A stretch of DNA of 64,000 nucleotides from an uncultured Gemmatimonadales bacterium (GTDB taxonomy: Bacteria > Gemmatimonadota > Gemmatimonadetes > Gemmatimonadales > GWC2-71-9). Location: contig CAWCVB010000007.1 of assembly GCA_963798915.1 (NCBI GenBank), forward strand, positions 32,001-96,000, in the 5' to 3' direction. Both the position numbers and the translations under genes were made by a program. This document shows, piece by piece, positions 55,360 to 64,000 of this stretch. Position 1 is the first letter of the stretch. Each line of letters starts with the position of its first letter. The notes beneath the pieces were generated by a model. That model was not told the DNA's origin. It saw only the letters and a list, made by a program, of their open reading frames with translations, and made no database searches.

Positions 55360-58014
55360 CTACGGGTTGGAGGGGCCGGCGCCGGTGAGGAGGGCGAGTG
55401 CGTCCCGGCACTCCGCCTGGTGTTCCGCCCGCACGCCCTCGTTGCGGGTCATCCGCTGGACCGCGGAATCGAGAAGCAGGCGCGCGGTCGACGTGTCACC
55501 CAGCAGCATCCGGGCCCGGCCGGTGCGGCAATCCGCCATGATGGCCGCCGGATGCCCCGTGGGTACCTTGCCCCGCAGTATGTCAGCGGCTTCGGACGCC
55601 AGGCGGTTCGCCACCACCCCGTCACCATGCTGGAGCTGGATTTCCGCCCGGGTGAGCATCGGGAAGGCAACGACGTACGACCCCTCCGGCATGATTCGCC
55701 GGTAGATCCGTTCCGCCTCTCGGGCCAGGGAGTCCCCTTCCGCATAGCGCCCCTGCCCCGCAACCGCGACGGCCAGGTTCTGGTATGCACCTGCAACCGC
55801 AGAGTGATTCGGCCCATACCTGGTGAGCTTGGTGGTGAGGAGTTCCCGGTAGATCGCCTCGGACTCGGCATGCAGTCCCGCATTAGTCATCAGGACGCCG
55901 AGATTGTTCCGAACTGCGATCGTGTAGGTGTGGTCGGCCCCCAAGCGGTCATCGAAGATGCCGACGGCCCGCTTCATCAGTTCGACCGCCTCGGCGATCT
56001 CGCCCCGCAGACCGAGGGACTGCCCCAGCGTGTGCGCCGCCATGGCGGTGCCCACGGTGTTGGGCCCCTCGGTCCGTTCGAAGATCGCCAGCGCCTCCCG
56101 GGCCGCCGCTTCCGCTTCCTCGAGGCGATTGGCCTCACGATAGTCGTCAGCGAGTCGTCGAAGGGCCTCGCCCATTTCCTTGCCGCCCGCACGCCGCAGC
56201 GTCGCGACTCCCTCCTCCGTCCACGCCACCGCGGCCATAGGATCAACCTTTCCCTCGAGCAATCCCAGCGCCAGCAACGCCCGGGCCTCCCGCTCCAAGT
56301 CAACCGGCCGCCGGGCACGCTCGATCTCGAGGCGCCGAATCAACAATCCACGGGAGGAGTCGAATTGGGTGGTGCCTCCCAGCAGGTAGGCCAGCTCCCC
56401 GAGGTCGTCGGCGAAGGCGGCGGACATGGTGTCGCCCACCTGGAGCCTCAACGCGACCGCGTCGCCGACGGCCGACGTGGCGGAATCAATCTGGTCGAGC
56501 CTCGTAAACACGGCTCCGATGGTCGACAGCAGTGCCGCCTGGAGTTGCGGTTCGCCGCGCAGTTCTTTCCGAACTTTGCCCGCTCCGATTTGCAGCGCCT
56601 CGACCACCGTGATGTTGCGCCCCCGTTCCGGGTCCGCCGGGGTAAGAGGGTCGGCGCTCTCGAACAGATCGACCAGGAACGACTGGGTCTCCAGCGCGAG
56701 TCGCGTTGCCGCCTGCGCGGCGTCCCGCTCGCGGGCCAGCCGGCGGTTCTGTCTGGCGAGCGCTCCAACGAAGACCGTCGTACCGACCAGCACGACGGCA
56801 AGCGCCGGCAAGAAGATCGGATGCCGACCAATGAACTTCCGCATTCGGTACGTCAGGGATTCAGGATGGGCCGCAATCGGCAGCCCCCGCAGGTGGCGCC
56901 GCACATCCGCGGCCAGCTCGTCCGCAGAGGCATAGCGCTCCTCCGGTTCCACCCGCAGCGCCTTGCCGATGATGACATCGAGGTCGCCGCGCAGCTGGCG
57001 GGAGAGCCGGACGGGGGTCGTGCTCCGGTTGGCCGCCCGGGACTCGGGCACCGGGGTCTTCGGTATCGGAGTACCGGCGATCCGACTGGGCCGCTGCGAC
57101 GAGTCGCCTGAGTCCGTGCCTCCGGCCGTGGGTCGCACACCGGTGAGCAGCTCACGCAGCAGGAGACCCAACTGGTACACATCGGTGGCCGTGGTGATCC
57201 GGCCCCCCTGTCGCTGTTCCGGGCTGGCGTACGTGGGGGTCAGCGGTCGCGCGCCGACCGCCGTCTCTTCGTCGTCCTCCTCAAGCAGCTTTGCAATGCC
57301 GAAATCGAGCAGCTTCACCCGGCCATCGGCGCCGACCAGCACATTCGAGGGCTTGATGTCGCGGTGCACCACGAGCTGGCGGTGCGCCGAATGCACGGCA
57401 TCGGCGACGTTCAGGAAGAGCTTCAGCCGGGCGAGGACGTCGAGCCGCTGGGCGTCGGCCCAGGCGGTGATCGGTTCGCCCTCCACCAGCTCCACGACCA
57501 GATAAGGGCGGCCGTCGGCCGCGGAGCCGCCGTCGAGAAGCCGCGCGATGTTTGGATGGGAGAGCAAGGAGAGAATCTGTCGCTCGACCAGGAAGCGACG
57601 GATGAGATCGTCGGTATCGAGCCCGCGGCGGAGGACCTTGAGGGCAACCCGCTGCTGGTAGGTGCCGTCCGACCGCTCGGCCTCATACACCGTGGCCATC
57701 CCGCCCCGGCCCAGGTGCCGGATGATCCGATAGCGATCGACCTCGGTCCCCGGCGCCAGCGCGCCGGCATCACCCCCGGCTTCGTCCATCGCGAACGCCC
57801 CAAGTACGACCGGGTCCGACGGCGACGTCACACGGCCGGTATCGGAGTCCAATCGGTCGAGGAGTCGCAAGACAAGGCCACGGAGTGCGTCGTCACCCTG
57901 CGCGGCATGGCGGACGAACGCGACACGCTCGGCAGCAGGGTGATCCAACGCCTCCGCCAGCAACCGGTCCACGTCGTCCCAGCGCTCCCAGAGCAGCGGG
58001 CTATCGGGCGTCAT
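55360..58014 (-). CDS. Membrane Ser/Thr kinase with C-terminal TPR array
   Basis: GRGGMATVY, VALK, HRDIKPSN, DFG, one TM, TPRs of the GADHTYT..NNLG type. Confidence 0.93.
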   Translation of the reverse strand: MTPDSPLLWERWDDVDRLLAEALDHPAAERVAFVRHAAQGDDALRGLVLRLLDRLDSDTGRVTSPSDPVVLGAFAMDEAGGDAGALAPGTEVDRYRIIRHLGRGGMATVYEAERSDGTYQQRVALKVLRRGLDTDDLIRRFLVERQILSLLSHPNIARLLDGGSAADGRPYLVVELVEGEPITAWADAQRLDVLARLKLFLNVADAVHSAHRQLVVHRDIKPSNVLVGADGRVKLLDFGIAKLLEEDDEETAVGARPLTPTYASPEQRQGGRITTATDVYQLGLLLRELLTGVRPTAGGTDSGDSSQRPSRIAGTPIPKTPVPESRAANRSTTPVRLSRQLRGDLDVIIGKALRVEPEERYASADELAADVRRHLRGLPIAAHPESLTYRMRKFIGRHPIFLPALAVVLVGTTVFVGALARQNRRLARERDAAQAATRLALETQSFLVDLFESADPLTPADPERGRNITVVEALQIGAGKVRKELRGEPQLQAALLSTIGAVFTRLDQIDSATSAVGDAVALRLQVGDTMSAAFADDLGELAYLLGGTTQFDSSRGLLIRRLEIERARRPVDLEREARALLALGLLEGKVDPMAAVAWTEEGVATLRRAGGKEMGEALRRLADDYREANRLEEAEAAAREALAIFERTEGPNTVGTAMAAHTLGQSLGLRGEIAEAVELMKRAVGIFDDRLGADHTYTIAVRNNLGVLMTNAGLHAESEAIYRELLTTKLTRYGPNHSAVAGAYQNLAVAVAGQGRYAEGDSLAREAERIYRRIMPEGSYVVAFPMLTRAEIQLQHGDGVVANRLASEAADILRGKVPTGHPAAIMADCRTGRARMLLGDTSTARLLLDSAVQRMTRNEGVRAEHQAECRDALALLTGAGPSNP

Positions 58015-58573
58015 CTCCTGCCAGCGCCTCGAGCAGGTAGGCCTTGGCACGCGTCCATTCCCGCTCCACGGTCCGGGTTGAGGTGTCCAGCACGGCCGCC
58101 ACTTCGTCCACGGTCAGCCCCCCGAAGAACCGGAGCTCCACCACGCGCGCCATCCGGGGATTGTGCTGCGCGAGCCGCTCCAGCGCCTCGTCCACGCCAA
58201 GCACGTCCTCGGATCCCTGGTCCGCGTCGATCGTGCCTTCGTCGAGCTCCGGGCGCACCGTCCCGCCGCCGCGCCGCTGGGCCTGGGTGCGCCGAGCGTG
58301 ATCCACGAGGATATGGCGCATCGCCTTCGAGGCGAAGGCGTAGAAGTGCGCGCGACTCTGCCATTCCCCGCCCTCGCTGCCAGCCAGCCGGAGAAACACC
58401 TCGTGCACCAGCGCCGTCGTGGCGAGATCCCCATCTCCACCCGCCATCAGGCGGCGGTGCGCGATGGCCCGCAAGTCGTCGTACGCGAGCGCGATCAGTT
58501 TCGGGAACGCCTCCGCGTCCCCTTCGCTCCACTGGCCCAGGAGATTCGTGATCGTCTGCGGGTTGGTCGCCAT
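58001..58573 (-). CDS. Kinase-associated ECF sigma factor (ECF43/TIGR02999-like)
   Basis: YDDLRAIA, DLATTALVHEVFLRL, VVELRFFGGL; overlaps the kinase start. Confidence 0.93.
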   Translation of the reverse strand: MATNPQTITNLLGQWSEGDAEAFPKLIALAYDDLRAIAHRRLMAGGDGDLATTALVHEVFLRLAGSEGGEWQSRAHFYAFASKAMRHILVDHARRTQAQRRGGGTVRPELDEGTIDADQGSEDVLGVDEALERLAQHNPRMARVVELRFFGGLTVDEVAAVLDTSTRTVEREWTRAKAYLLEALAGDDAR

Positions 58574-58625
58574 CTCTGGAAGCTACGCCTCACCGGGACC
58601 TCGGCAAGACAGCGCCCCTCGGTGC

Positions 58626-58656
58626 CTTTAACGGCGTCCGGGCCGCAATCCCGCCA
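58626..58656 (-). promoter_or_regulatory. ECF promoter motif copy 4 (putative autoregulatory)
   Basis: TGGCGGG-ATTGCGGCCCGGACGC-CGTTAAAG, 52 bp upstream of the sigma ATG. Confidence 0.72.
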
Positions 58657-58675
58657 GAGCGGCACCTGGAAAGGC

Positions 58676-58707
58676 GAACGCCCCCGGCCGACTGGCCGGG
58701 GGCGTTC
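58676..58707 (-). terminator. GC-rich hairpin, probable terminator
   Basis: Perfect 14-bp stem GAACGCCCCCGGCC with 4-nt loop, between the DUF4382 stop and the ECF promoter. Confidence 0.7.
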
Positions 58708-58725
58708 CTTTGCACATGGGGTGAG

Positions 58726-59517
58726 TTACGGCACCAGCGTGAAATCCACTCCGGTGACGTTCTCGGAATTCGCCACGTCAACTGGGGTGACGAGTCCGTC
58801 CTGGTACCCGGTGGCGCGTGCCAAGACCGAGTAGGTGCCCGGCGCGAGGTAACGGAGCACGTACTCCCCCGTCAGGGTGTCCGCGGCGGCGGTAGCGACG
58901 GTGTCCAGGCCCTGGATCGCATACAGCCCGGCCCTGGCCTCGATCGGGAGTACGGTGCCCGCAATCGAGCCCGCCACGTCCATGACGGTCGCGTGAATGA
59001 CCGGCTTGAACGAGGCGGACATCGGTCCGCCCGGCGGTCCCTGGAAGACGAAGCTGCGGGAGACGTCGAAATCGACGAGCAGAACCGTCTCACCCGGGAC
59101 CACCTGCACATTCCCCAAATTCACCTTCAGGCCGGAGGTGGAGCCGCTTGGGACCTTCATCAGCTCGGAATTGCTCCCGCTGGTGAAGGTGAGCGGGTCC
59201 TTGAGCGTGACCCTGGCCGAGTCGACGACCACGCGAAGCTGGTTGTAGCTGCCGACCGGAATCTCGGCCGAGCCGAGGTAGGCCGTCACGCCACCCTGCA
59301 GGTTGAGCAGGTCGTAGGAGGCGGTATCGCTGCTGATGACGTAGGACCCGGCATCGCCGACCACCGAGACCCCCGAGACCCAGATCATGGCGCTTTCGAC
59401 CTCTTCGCCTGGCGCGTCGGCCAGTCGAAGGGTGAGCGTGCCCATATCGGCGGTCCGAGCCGCGACACGCCGGTCCAGCGCTTCCCTGTAGATGGTGATG
59501 TCGGGCAGTTCGGGCAT
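58726..59517 (-). pseudogene. DUF4382 + carboxypeptidase-regulatory-like protein fused to an Fpg/Nei N-terminus
   Basis: MPELPDITIYREAL (Fpg start) in frame with GTLTLRLADAP...LMKVPSGSTSGLK...VDFDVSRS; native signal missing. Confidence 0.68.
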
Positions 59518-59643
59518 GGCTGGCTTGCAAGATCGCGCTGCGAATGCCCCGAGCGCGAGGCGGGCGCTCGGGCTCACGATTGACGCGGCGGGGGCCCCGT
59601 CCGAGTTTCTTCATCCTCTGCACCCCGATGGAGATTCGCGCCG

Positions 59644-59860
59644 ATGATCGCCTGCGTGCTCGCCCTCGCCGCCCTGCTGCAAGCTCCCGCCGACTCCACC
59701 GCGCTCAGTGGGACGCGCAATCCGGCGTACGCCGCCGACGGAGCCCGCGCGGCGACTCGGTGGTGTTCTCGTCGAATCGCGGGGGGCGCTTCTCGCTCTG
59801 GATCGTCGGCGCGGGCGGCGGCGCGCCGCGGCAACTCACCGATACGACGGCGAGCGATAA
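59644..59860 (+). pseudogene. TolB/PD40-like fragment
   Basis: Signal-like start, then SPRGDSVVFSSNRGG..LW..GGAPRQLT in another frame. Confidence 0.5.
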
Positions 59861-59912
59861 GCCATGGAGTCATGGGATCTCCGAGTTGCGCGTCATATTG
59901 TTCGCCATTGCC

Positions 59913-59971
59913 ATCTAACGAGTTGTGCTTCAGCCGCGGGCGGCGATGGCGGCTGCAAGCGCTTGTTAGAC
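59913..59971 (-). other. attC site (59 bp)
   Basis: GTCTAAC-AAGCGCTT(G)CAGCCG...CGGCTGAAGC..GTTAGAT. Confidence 0.85.
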
Positions 59972-59994
59972 GGCATGGCGGCACCGTTGCCGCG

Positions 59995-60399
59995 CTAGCG
60001 TGGGTACCGAGCGAGCGGTGATCGGTCACCGACAAACCAGATGTGCCCGAATGGATCCACGAAACCACCCTGCCGATGCGGACCCCACGGCATGCTGTGC
60101 ACCCGGACCTGGTGACCGCCAACCTCTGCACCAGCAGCGACAGCTCTGGCCACAACCGTGTCGGGACCGTCGCAGAATAGCTCAACTCGCACGGATGGCA
60201 TACCGAGCCGCCCCGGCATGTCCCACCCGTTGTTTTCGGGCTCGCCCAGCAGGATGGGCGCGCCCCCGATCTCGAGCCCAATGACCGAGCCAAGATTCCA
60301 GAGCTCCGTGGCGCCCAACGCCCGTTGATACCAAGCGGAGGCGGCCGGCGCGTCCGGAACGGCAAGCATGACAGATATCTGACAGGTAGTCGCTGACAT
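59995..60399 (-). CDS. VOC/glyoxalase cassette gene
   Basis: WYQRALGA, PWG..RQGGFVDPFGHIW. Confidence 0.85.
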   Translation of the reverse strand: MSATTCQISVMLAVPDAPAASAWYQRALGATELWNLGSVIGLEIGGAPILLGEPENNGWDMPGRLGMPSVRVELFCDGPDTVVARAVAAGAEVGGHQVRVHSMPWGPHRQGGFVDPFGHIWFVGDRSPLARYPR

Positions 60400-60456
60400 T
60401 GGCTGCACCACGATCTGGTGGAAGGTAAAGCGCACTCAAGGCTAGCGCGCCATGCC

Positions 60457-60571
60457 GTCTAACGACCTGCGCTTCCGCTGCGGGGCCTGGCGAGGCCGCC
60501 GCCATCCCCACACTAGCTAAACGCGGCGGCCGAGCGGTTCAGGCCTCGTCGGCAGCAAGCGCGGGTTCGGC
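60457..60571 (-). other. attC site (115 bp)
   Basis: GCCGAAC-CCGCGCTTGCTGCCGAC...GCGGAAGCGCAGGTC-GTTAGAC. Confidence 0.85.
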
Positions 60572-60576
60572 GCCAC

Positions 60577-61185
60577 CTAGTGATCGTCCGGGAGGCTCAA
60601 CACATGGCCAGCCCGCGAGACCGGAACGAGGACCCCTGGACGGGCCGAAAAATTCACCAGAGCAGTACGAAGTGCGGCAGATTCACTGGTCAGGAAGATT
60701 TTGTCGTCATGTCCACCGGACCGAATGTACGGTGTCCGTAAACGCCCTGATTCCAAAGCCGCCTTCAGCGAATCCGTGTCAAACCCCAAAAAATCGAGTC
60801 CTCCTGCAGTCCGCCGCACGACGACTTGCATGTACCCTGGAAGAACCAAACCATTGTACCTGTCCCAATCGCTCGCGCTCGCCGGTGTCACCTCGAAGAC
60901 CCAGGTGCCGGGGCCAAATGGCCCCAACCGGCCCACCAATCGAATCGTGTCGCTGTTGTTGCTAACGGATCGGAGCAGGTACTCCGTAGCCACCGGACCG
61001 CTCGGACTGGTCTTCTGGGTGACCTGAATCAGCGTGGTGTCCCCGCCCTGGATCAGTTGCCAATCCCCGAGCAGGCGTGGCTCGGCGATTGCCGCGCCAT
61101 CAGCGACCATCGGATGGATGGACGCGACCGATGTGCATGCAGTCACCAGCCAGAGGATCGGAAGCATGGCCAACCGTGTGCTCAA
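60577..61185 (-). CDS. Cassette lipoprotein
   Basis: RBS GGAGG, TTG start, lipobox VTAC, EPRLLGDW. Confidence 0.75.
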   Translation of the reverse strand: MSTRLAMLPILWLVTACTSVASIHPMVADGAAIAEPRLLGDWQLIQGGDTTLIQVTQKTSPSGPVATEYLLRSVSNNSDTIRLVGRLGPFGPGTWVFEVTPASASDWDRYNGLVLPGYMQVVVRRTAGGLDFLGFDTDSLKAALESGRLRTPYIRSGGHDDKIFLTSESAALRTALVNFSARPGVLVPVSRAGHVLSLPDDH

Positions 61186-61226
61186 AGATCCCTCCAGTGT
61201 TTGTGTTGCCCGTAGGTTCGAATGGC

Positions 61227-61286
61227 GCCTAACGGCATGGCGATAAGCGGCGGGTGAAGCCCGTCCGCTTCATCGCCGGGTTCGCC
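61227..61286 (-). other. attC site (60 bp)
   Basis: GGCGAAC..GGCGAT(G)AAGCGG(A)CGGG / CCCGCCGCTTATCGCC..GTTAGGC. Confidence 0.9.
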
Positions 61287-61290
61287 GGCA

Positions 61291-62343
61291 TCATCGCATA
61301 ATGGTCTCGCGCAGCCACCCCAGAAGCTGGTTCAAGTAAAGCTCGGATATCGGACCGCCCGAATCCGTCGTCCCAGTCTCCATAAGATGGTCGGCCTGCG
61401 GGATCCGCTGAATCGTCACTGCCGGGTTGGAGCGCGTCGCTTGTCGGATATTCGCGATGCTTTCCTCGACCGGAACCCATGGGTCCGCTTGGGCAAAGAA
61501 GAAGGCGATCGGAACCCGAACCCGAGCGAGTGCGGCCAGCGGATCATAGTCCATCTCCGCGTACCACTTCGTGAGCCTGGGCTCAGCGGGCAGGTCGCCC
61601 CTACCGGGGAGAAAGACCTGGCTGAACCATGGCTCGTGCCGGATGGTCGCGATGGCCTTCTCAGCATCCGTCCTCGTAGCCCGCCCTCGGTAGTAATCGT
61701 TCACCACAGCTCGAATCCGCAGCGCTCGGTCAATGATCTCCGGCGGGTGGCCGGCGGCTCGAAGCGCGGTCGCTGCGGCATAATCCATCTGGCCCGCCGG
61801 GCTCACGCCGGGACCGGACACTGAGACGACGAAAGCGATATCGCGTGACATGGTCGCGGCGAGCGGGCCCAGCCAGCCGCCTTGACTCACTCCCCAGACA
61901 CCTATCCGCTCAGGGTCGATGTCGCGTCGCGATTTCAGCAGTTCAACTCCGGCGATTCCATCCGCTGCGAGGTCCTGGAAGGTCGCTGTGTTGAAATCGC
62001 CGGTGGACGAACCTGAGCCCCGGCGGTCGAAGATTAAGACGGCGATGCCCGCGGCAGGGAGCGCGGTGGCAAGATGCTGATACGCATGGAAACTGCGCGT
62101 CCCGCCGCCCGCAGCATGGAATACGACCACAGCTGGGTACCGCCCGACCCCAGAGGGAATGTACAGGGTGCCCGACAGGTCGATGCTGCCATTGTGAAAG
62201 GAAACCTGTTCTGCCGACTCTGCCGAGCGCCCGGCACCGGCTGGATCAGGGGCCGTTCCAAGAGTCACGAGGGCGCCCAGGATGATGCCTAGCCACATAA
62301 CGGGGTCACGACCCAGAGAGTGAGTGGTGGCGGGCTTGACCAT
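61291..62343 (-). CDS. Secreted alpha/beta hydrolase cassette gene
   Basis: DRRGSGSS, GVSQGG, DPWVP, ADH. Confidence 0.87.
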   Translation of the reverse strand: MVKPATTHSLGRDPVMWLGIILGALVTLGTAPDPAGAGRSAESAEQVSFHNGSIDLSGTLYIPSGVGRYPAVVVFHAAGGGTRSFHAYQHLATALPAAGIAVLIFDRRGSGSSTGDFNTATFQDLAADGIAGVELLKSRRDIDPERIGVWGVSQGGWLGPLAATMSRDIAFVVSVSGPGVSPAGQMDYAAATALRAAGHPPEIIDRALRIRAVVNDYYRGRATRTDAEKAIATIRHEPWFSQVFLPGRGDLPAEPRLTKWYAEMDYDPLAALARVRVPIAFFFAQADPWVPVEESIANIRQATRSNPAVTIQRIPQADHLMETGTTDSGGPISELYLNQLLGWLRETIMR

Positions 62344-62374
62344 TGGTGTCTTCAGGCCTCCGTCGCGGCTTGCC

Positions 62375-62490
62375 GGCGAACGGCTTGCGCTTCTGCGGCG
62401 GGGCCAGGCCGGGGCCGCCGCCATCCCTAACCTACCTAACGCGGCGACCCCGGCGCTTCTGGCCCGGTCCGCAGCAAGCGCGTGTTAGAC
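62375..62490 (-). other. attC site (116 bp)
   Basis: GTCTAAC-ACGCGCTT(G)CTGCGG(A)C...CCGCAGAAGCGC..GTTCGCC; homologous to the 60457 site. Confidence 0.87.
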
Positions 62491-62913
62491 GGCGTCCGAC
62501 CCATCGTGCATACTTGCCGCCGCTGGTCCGCGATGCGTTCGCCAGTAGATGCCACCACCCACGGCACCGAGCACAACTCCCAACGGGCCCGTGATGAAGA
62601 TGCCAAGCATCGGACCTTGGTTTGCACCCGGCGCAAAGATCATTGGCCCAACAAAGCCGATCACAAACCCGATTACGCCGGTGACTAGCGCGCCTGCGAC
62701 GACAGATTCGACCAAGCCCCGCGAGGAGGAGGGTCCGACCCCTCGCTTCCATATGTATCGTGCCGCAGGGAGAGCGCAGGCCAAGGCCACCGCGATGCGC
62801 ACAATAGGGGCTCGGCCGACCGGAACAGGGAATAACACCGAGAGCCAAAAGACGAAGTAGAGAGTGGCCACCCCGGTGAACAGCGCGGCGCAAACGCGAA
62901 GGACTGACTTCAC
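62485..62913 (-). CDS. 4-TM membrane protein cassette gene
   Basis: GFVGPMIFAPGANQGPMLGIFITGPLG; stop TAA inside R''. Confidence 0.8.
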   Translation of the reverse strand: MKSVLRVCAALFTGVATLYFVFWLSVLFPVPVGRAPIVRIAVALACALPAARYIWKRGVGPSSSRGLVESVVAGALVTGVIGFVIGFVGPMIFAPGANQGPMLGIFITGPLGVVLGAVGGGIYWRTHRGPAAASMHDGSDAV

Positions 62914-63030
62914 GGTAGGTTCGACCTCCGACGGCGCACTCCAAGCGAATGCACTGAGAAGCGTTCAGGTGCGAACTCCACGAGTACAGCACACAAAGCG
63001 TTGGGTTCAGAGACCGAGGTCGTTGTGGCC

Positions 63031-63118
63031 GTCTAACGACAGGCGGTTCAGTTGCGGGGCGTGCGCCCGTCACCAATCAATGTTCCTTCCCGGCCTGACG
63101 GGCGCCAGCGGGTTAGCC
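63031..63118 (-). other. attC site with apparently deleted left arm
   Basis: GGCTAAC and GTTAGAC ends plus inner 10-bp IR GCGCCCGTCA; no partner for the CAACTGAACCGC arm. Confidence 0.7.
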
Positions 63119-63132
63119 AACACCGCGCGCGG

Positions 63133-63423
63133 CTACGCACTCAACGCGACGGCCACGGCTTCGGGGTCGACGGCGGCGACGCGGAGCAATGCTCGCGCGG
63201 GCCCGTCCGGCACCCGGCGCCCCTGCTCCCAGTTGCGCAGCGTGGCCACACTCACGCCGATCATCAGCGCAAACTCGGCCTGCGTCACGTCCAGGGCAGC
63301 CCGAATGGCGCGGATGTCGGCCGGCTTGAACGTCGTGACCCGGCGCGGACGACGCTGGCCCCGGCGAATCTGGCCGGCCTGCTTGACACTGGTCACGAGC
63401 CGCTTGAAGTCGGCTGGCTTCAT
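63133..63423 (-). CDS. higA: HigA-like XRE antitoxin
   Basis: TQAEFALMIGVSVATLRNWEQGRRVPDGPA; downstream of toxin, ATGA overlap. Confidence 0.87.
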   Translation of the reverse strand: MKPADFKRLVTSVKQAGQIRRGQRRPRRVTTFKPADIRAIRAALDVTQAEFALMIGVSVATLRNWEQGRRVPDGPARALLRVAAVDPEAVAVALSA

Positions 63424-63737
63424 CGAAACTCCTCCTCGACCAGGCGGCGAAGCCTCTTGAGCTGCGCCGTGGTCAAATCATCCTGCACGTTCTTGGCATA
63501 GACGAGGAGCATGTAGAAGGTCTCCTCCGCGGGATGCCAGTAATAAAGAATTCGCACTCCGCCGCGCTTGCCCCGCCCGCTGCCGGTCCAGCGCACCTTG
63601 CGCAGGCCCCCGGAACCGGGCATGCGCGCGCCCTGCTCCGGGCGCAGCAGCAGGGCGACTTGGAGGGCTCGGTACGCCTCGTCGCTCAGGGTCCCCCGGA
63701 GACTGGCAGTAAAGACGGGGGTCTCGACGAAGCGCAC
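63420..63737 (-). CDS. higB: RelE/HigB-family toxin
   Basis: FVETPVF, GSGGLRKVRW, GKRGGVRILYY, YAKNVQDDL. Confidence 0.9.
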   Translation of the reverse strand: MRFVETPVFTASLRGTLSDEAYRALQVALLLRPEQGARMPGSGGLRKVRWTGSGRGKRGGVRILYYWHPAEETFYMLLVYAKNVQDDLTTAQLKRLRRLVEEEFR

Positions 63738-63742
63738 GGTTC

Positions 63743-63771
63743 AAAGTACGCCAATGGCGTACCTCACGCAA
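63743..63771 (-). promoter_or_regulatory. TA cassette promoter with palindromic operator
   Basis: TTGCGT-N17-TACTTT; palindrome GTACGCCA-T-TGGCGTAC at 63746-63762; GTG follows after 5 nt. Confidence 0.8.
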
Positions 63772-63784
63772 GAGCTCGGGTGTT

Positions 63785-63850
63785 GGCTAACGCGTTGCCG
63801 ATAAGCTGCGGGCGCCGCAGGTGACCGTCAGCTTCAAGGGCCTGTTAGAC
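63785..63850 (-). other. attC site (66 bp)
   Basis: GTCTAAC..T(G)AAGCTG(A)CGG...CCGCAGCTTA..GTTAGCC. Confidence 0.87.
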
Positions 63851-64000
63851 CGCCTTTGATTCCGCAGTCAGTCCTGGCCGCAACCGGTTCCGGTGCGCAG
63901 ACGGGACGCATGCGACATCCTACTTGTTGGCTCCTTTTTGGAGAGTGACACATCCCGAGTGCGTCACGCCCACCACGACGGCGCCCCAGTGACGCGCGCG

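Larger units (their letters stand above)
59913..64000 (-). mobile_element. Integron gene-cassette array; no integrase in window
   Basis: Six attC sites, one transcription unit between each pair, all on the minus strand, with complementary cassette ends. Confidence 0.92.

Overview
GC-rich bacterial accessory region. The gene families (membrane Ser/Thr kinase-TPR proteins, kinase-coupled ECF sigmas, beta-propeller and secreted hydrolases) suggest Gemmatimonadota, but this is an inference. 1-30 kb: GH2 beta-galactosidase, an ECF sigma/Ser-Thr kinase pair divergent from a lipoprotein plus di-heme cytochrome c, an ECF/anti-sigma/Spy-like operon, a LytS/LytTR system, many secreted hydrolases and a stand-alone kinase. 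30.9-51.3 kb: mostly minus-strand small genes and fused gene fragments with decayed or collapsed attC-like sites, an IS110 remnant joined to an attC core and IS91-like remnants, read as an eroding integron cassette array. 59.9-64 kb: a well-preserved run of 6 attC sites and 5 cassettes, including a HigBA-type TA cassette; no integrase is in the window. The best candidate for an undescribed system is at 52.0-58.7 kb: a kinase-coupled ECF sigma plus membrane TPR kinase where four copies of the exactly spaced promoter-like motif TGGCGGG-N16-CGTT lie upstream of the sigma gene itself and of three adjacent exported proteins, one carrying a (LPGDQF)x4 repeat with only synonymous variation. No rRNA, tRNA or CRISPR array was seen.
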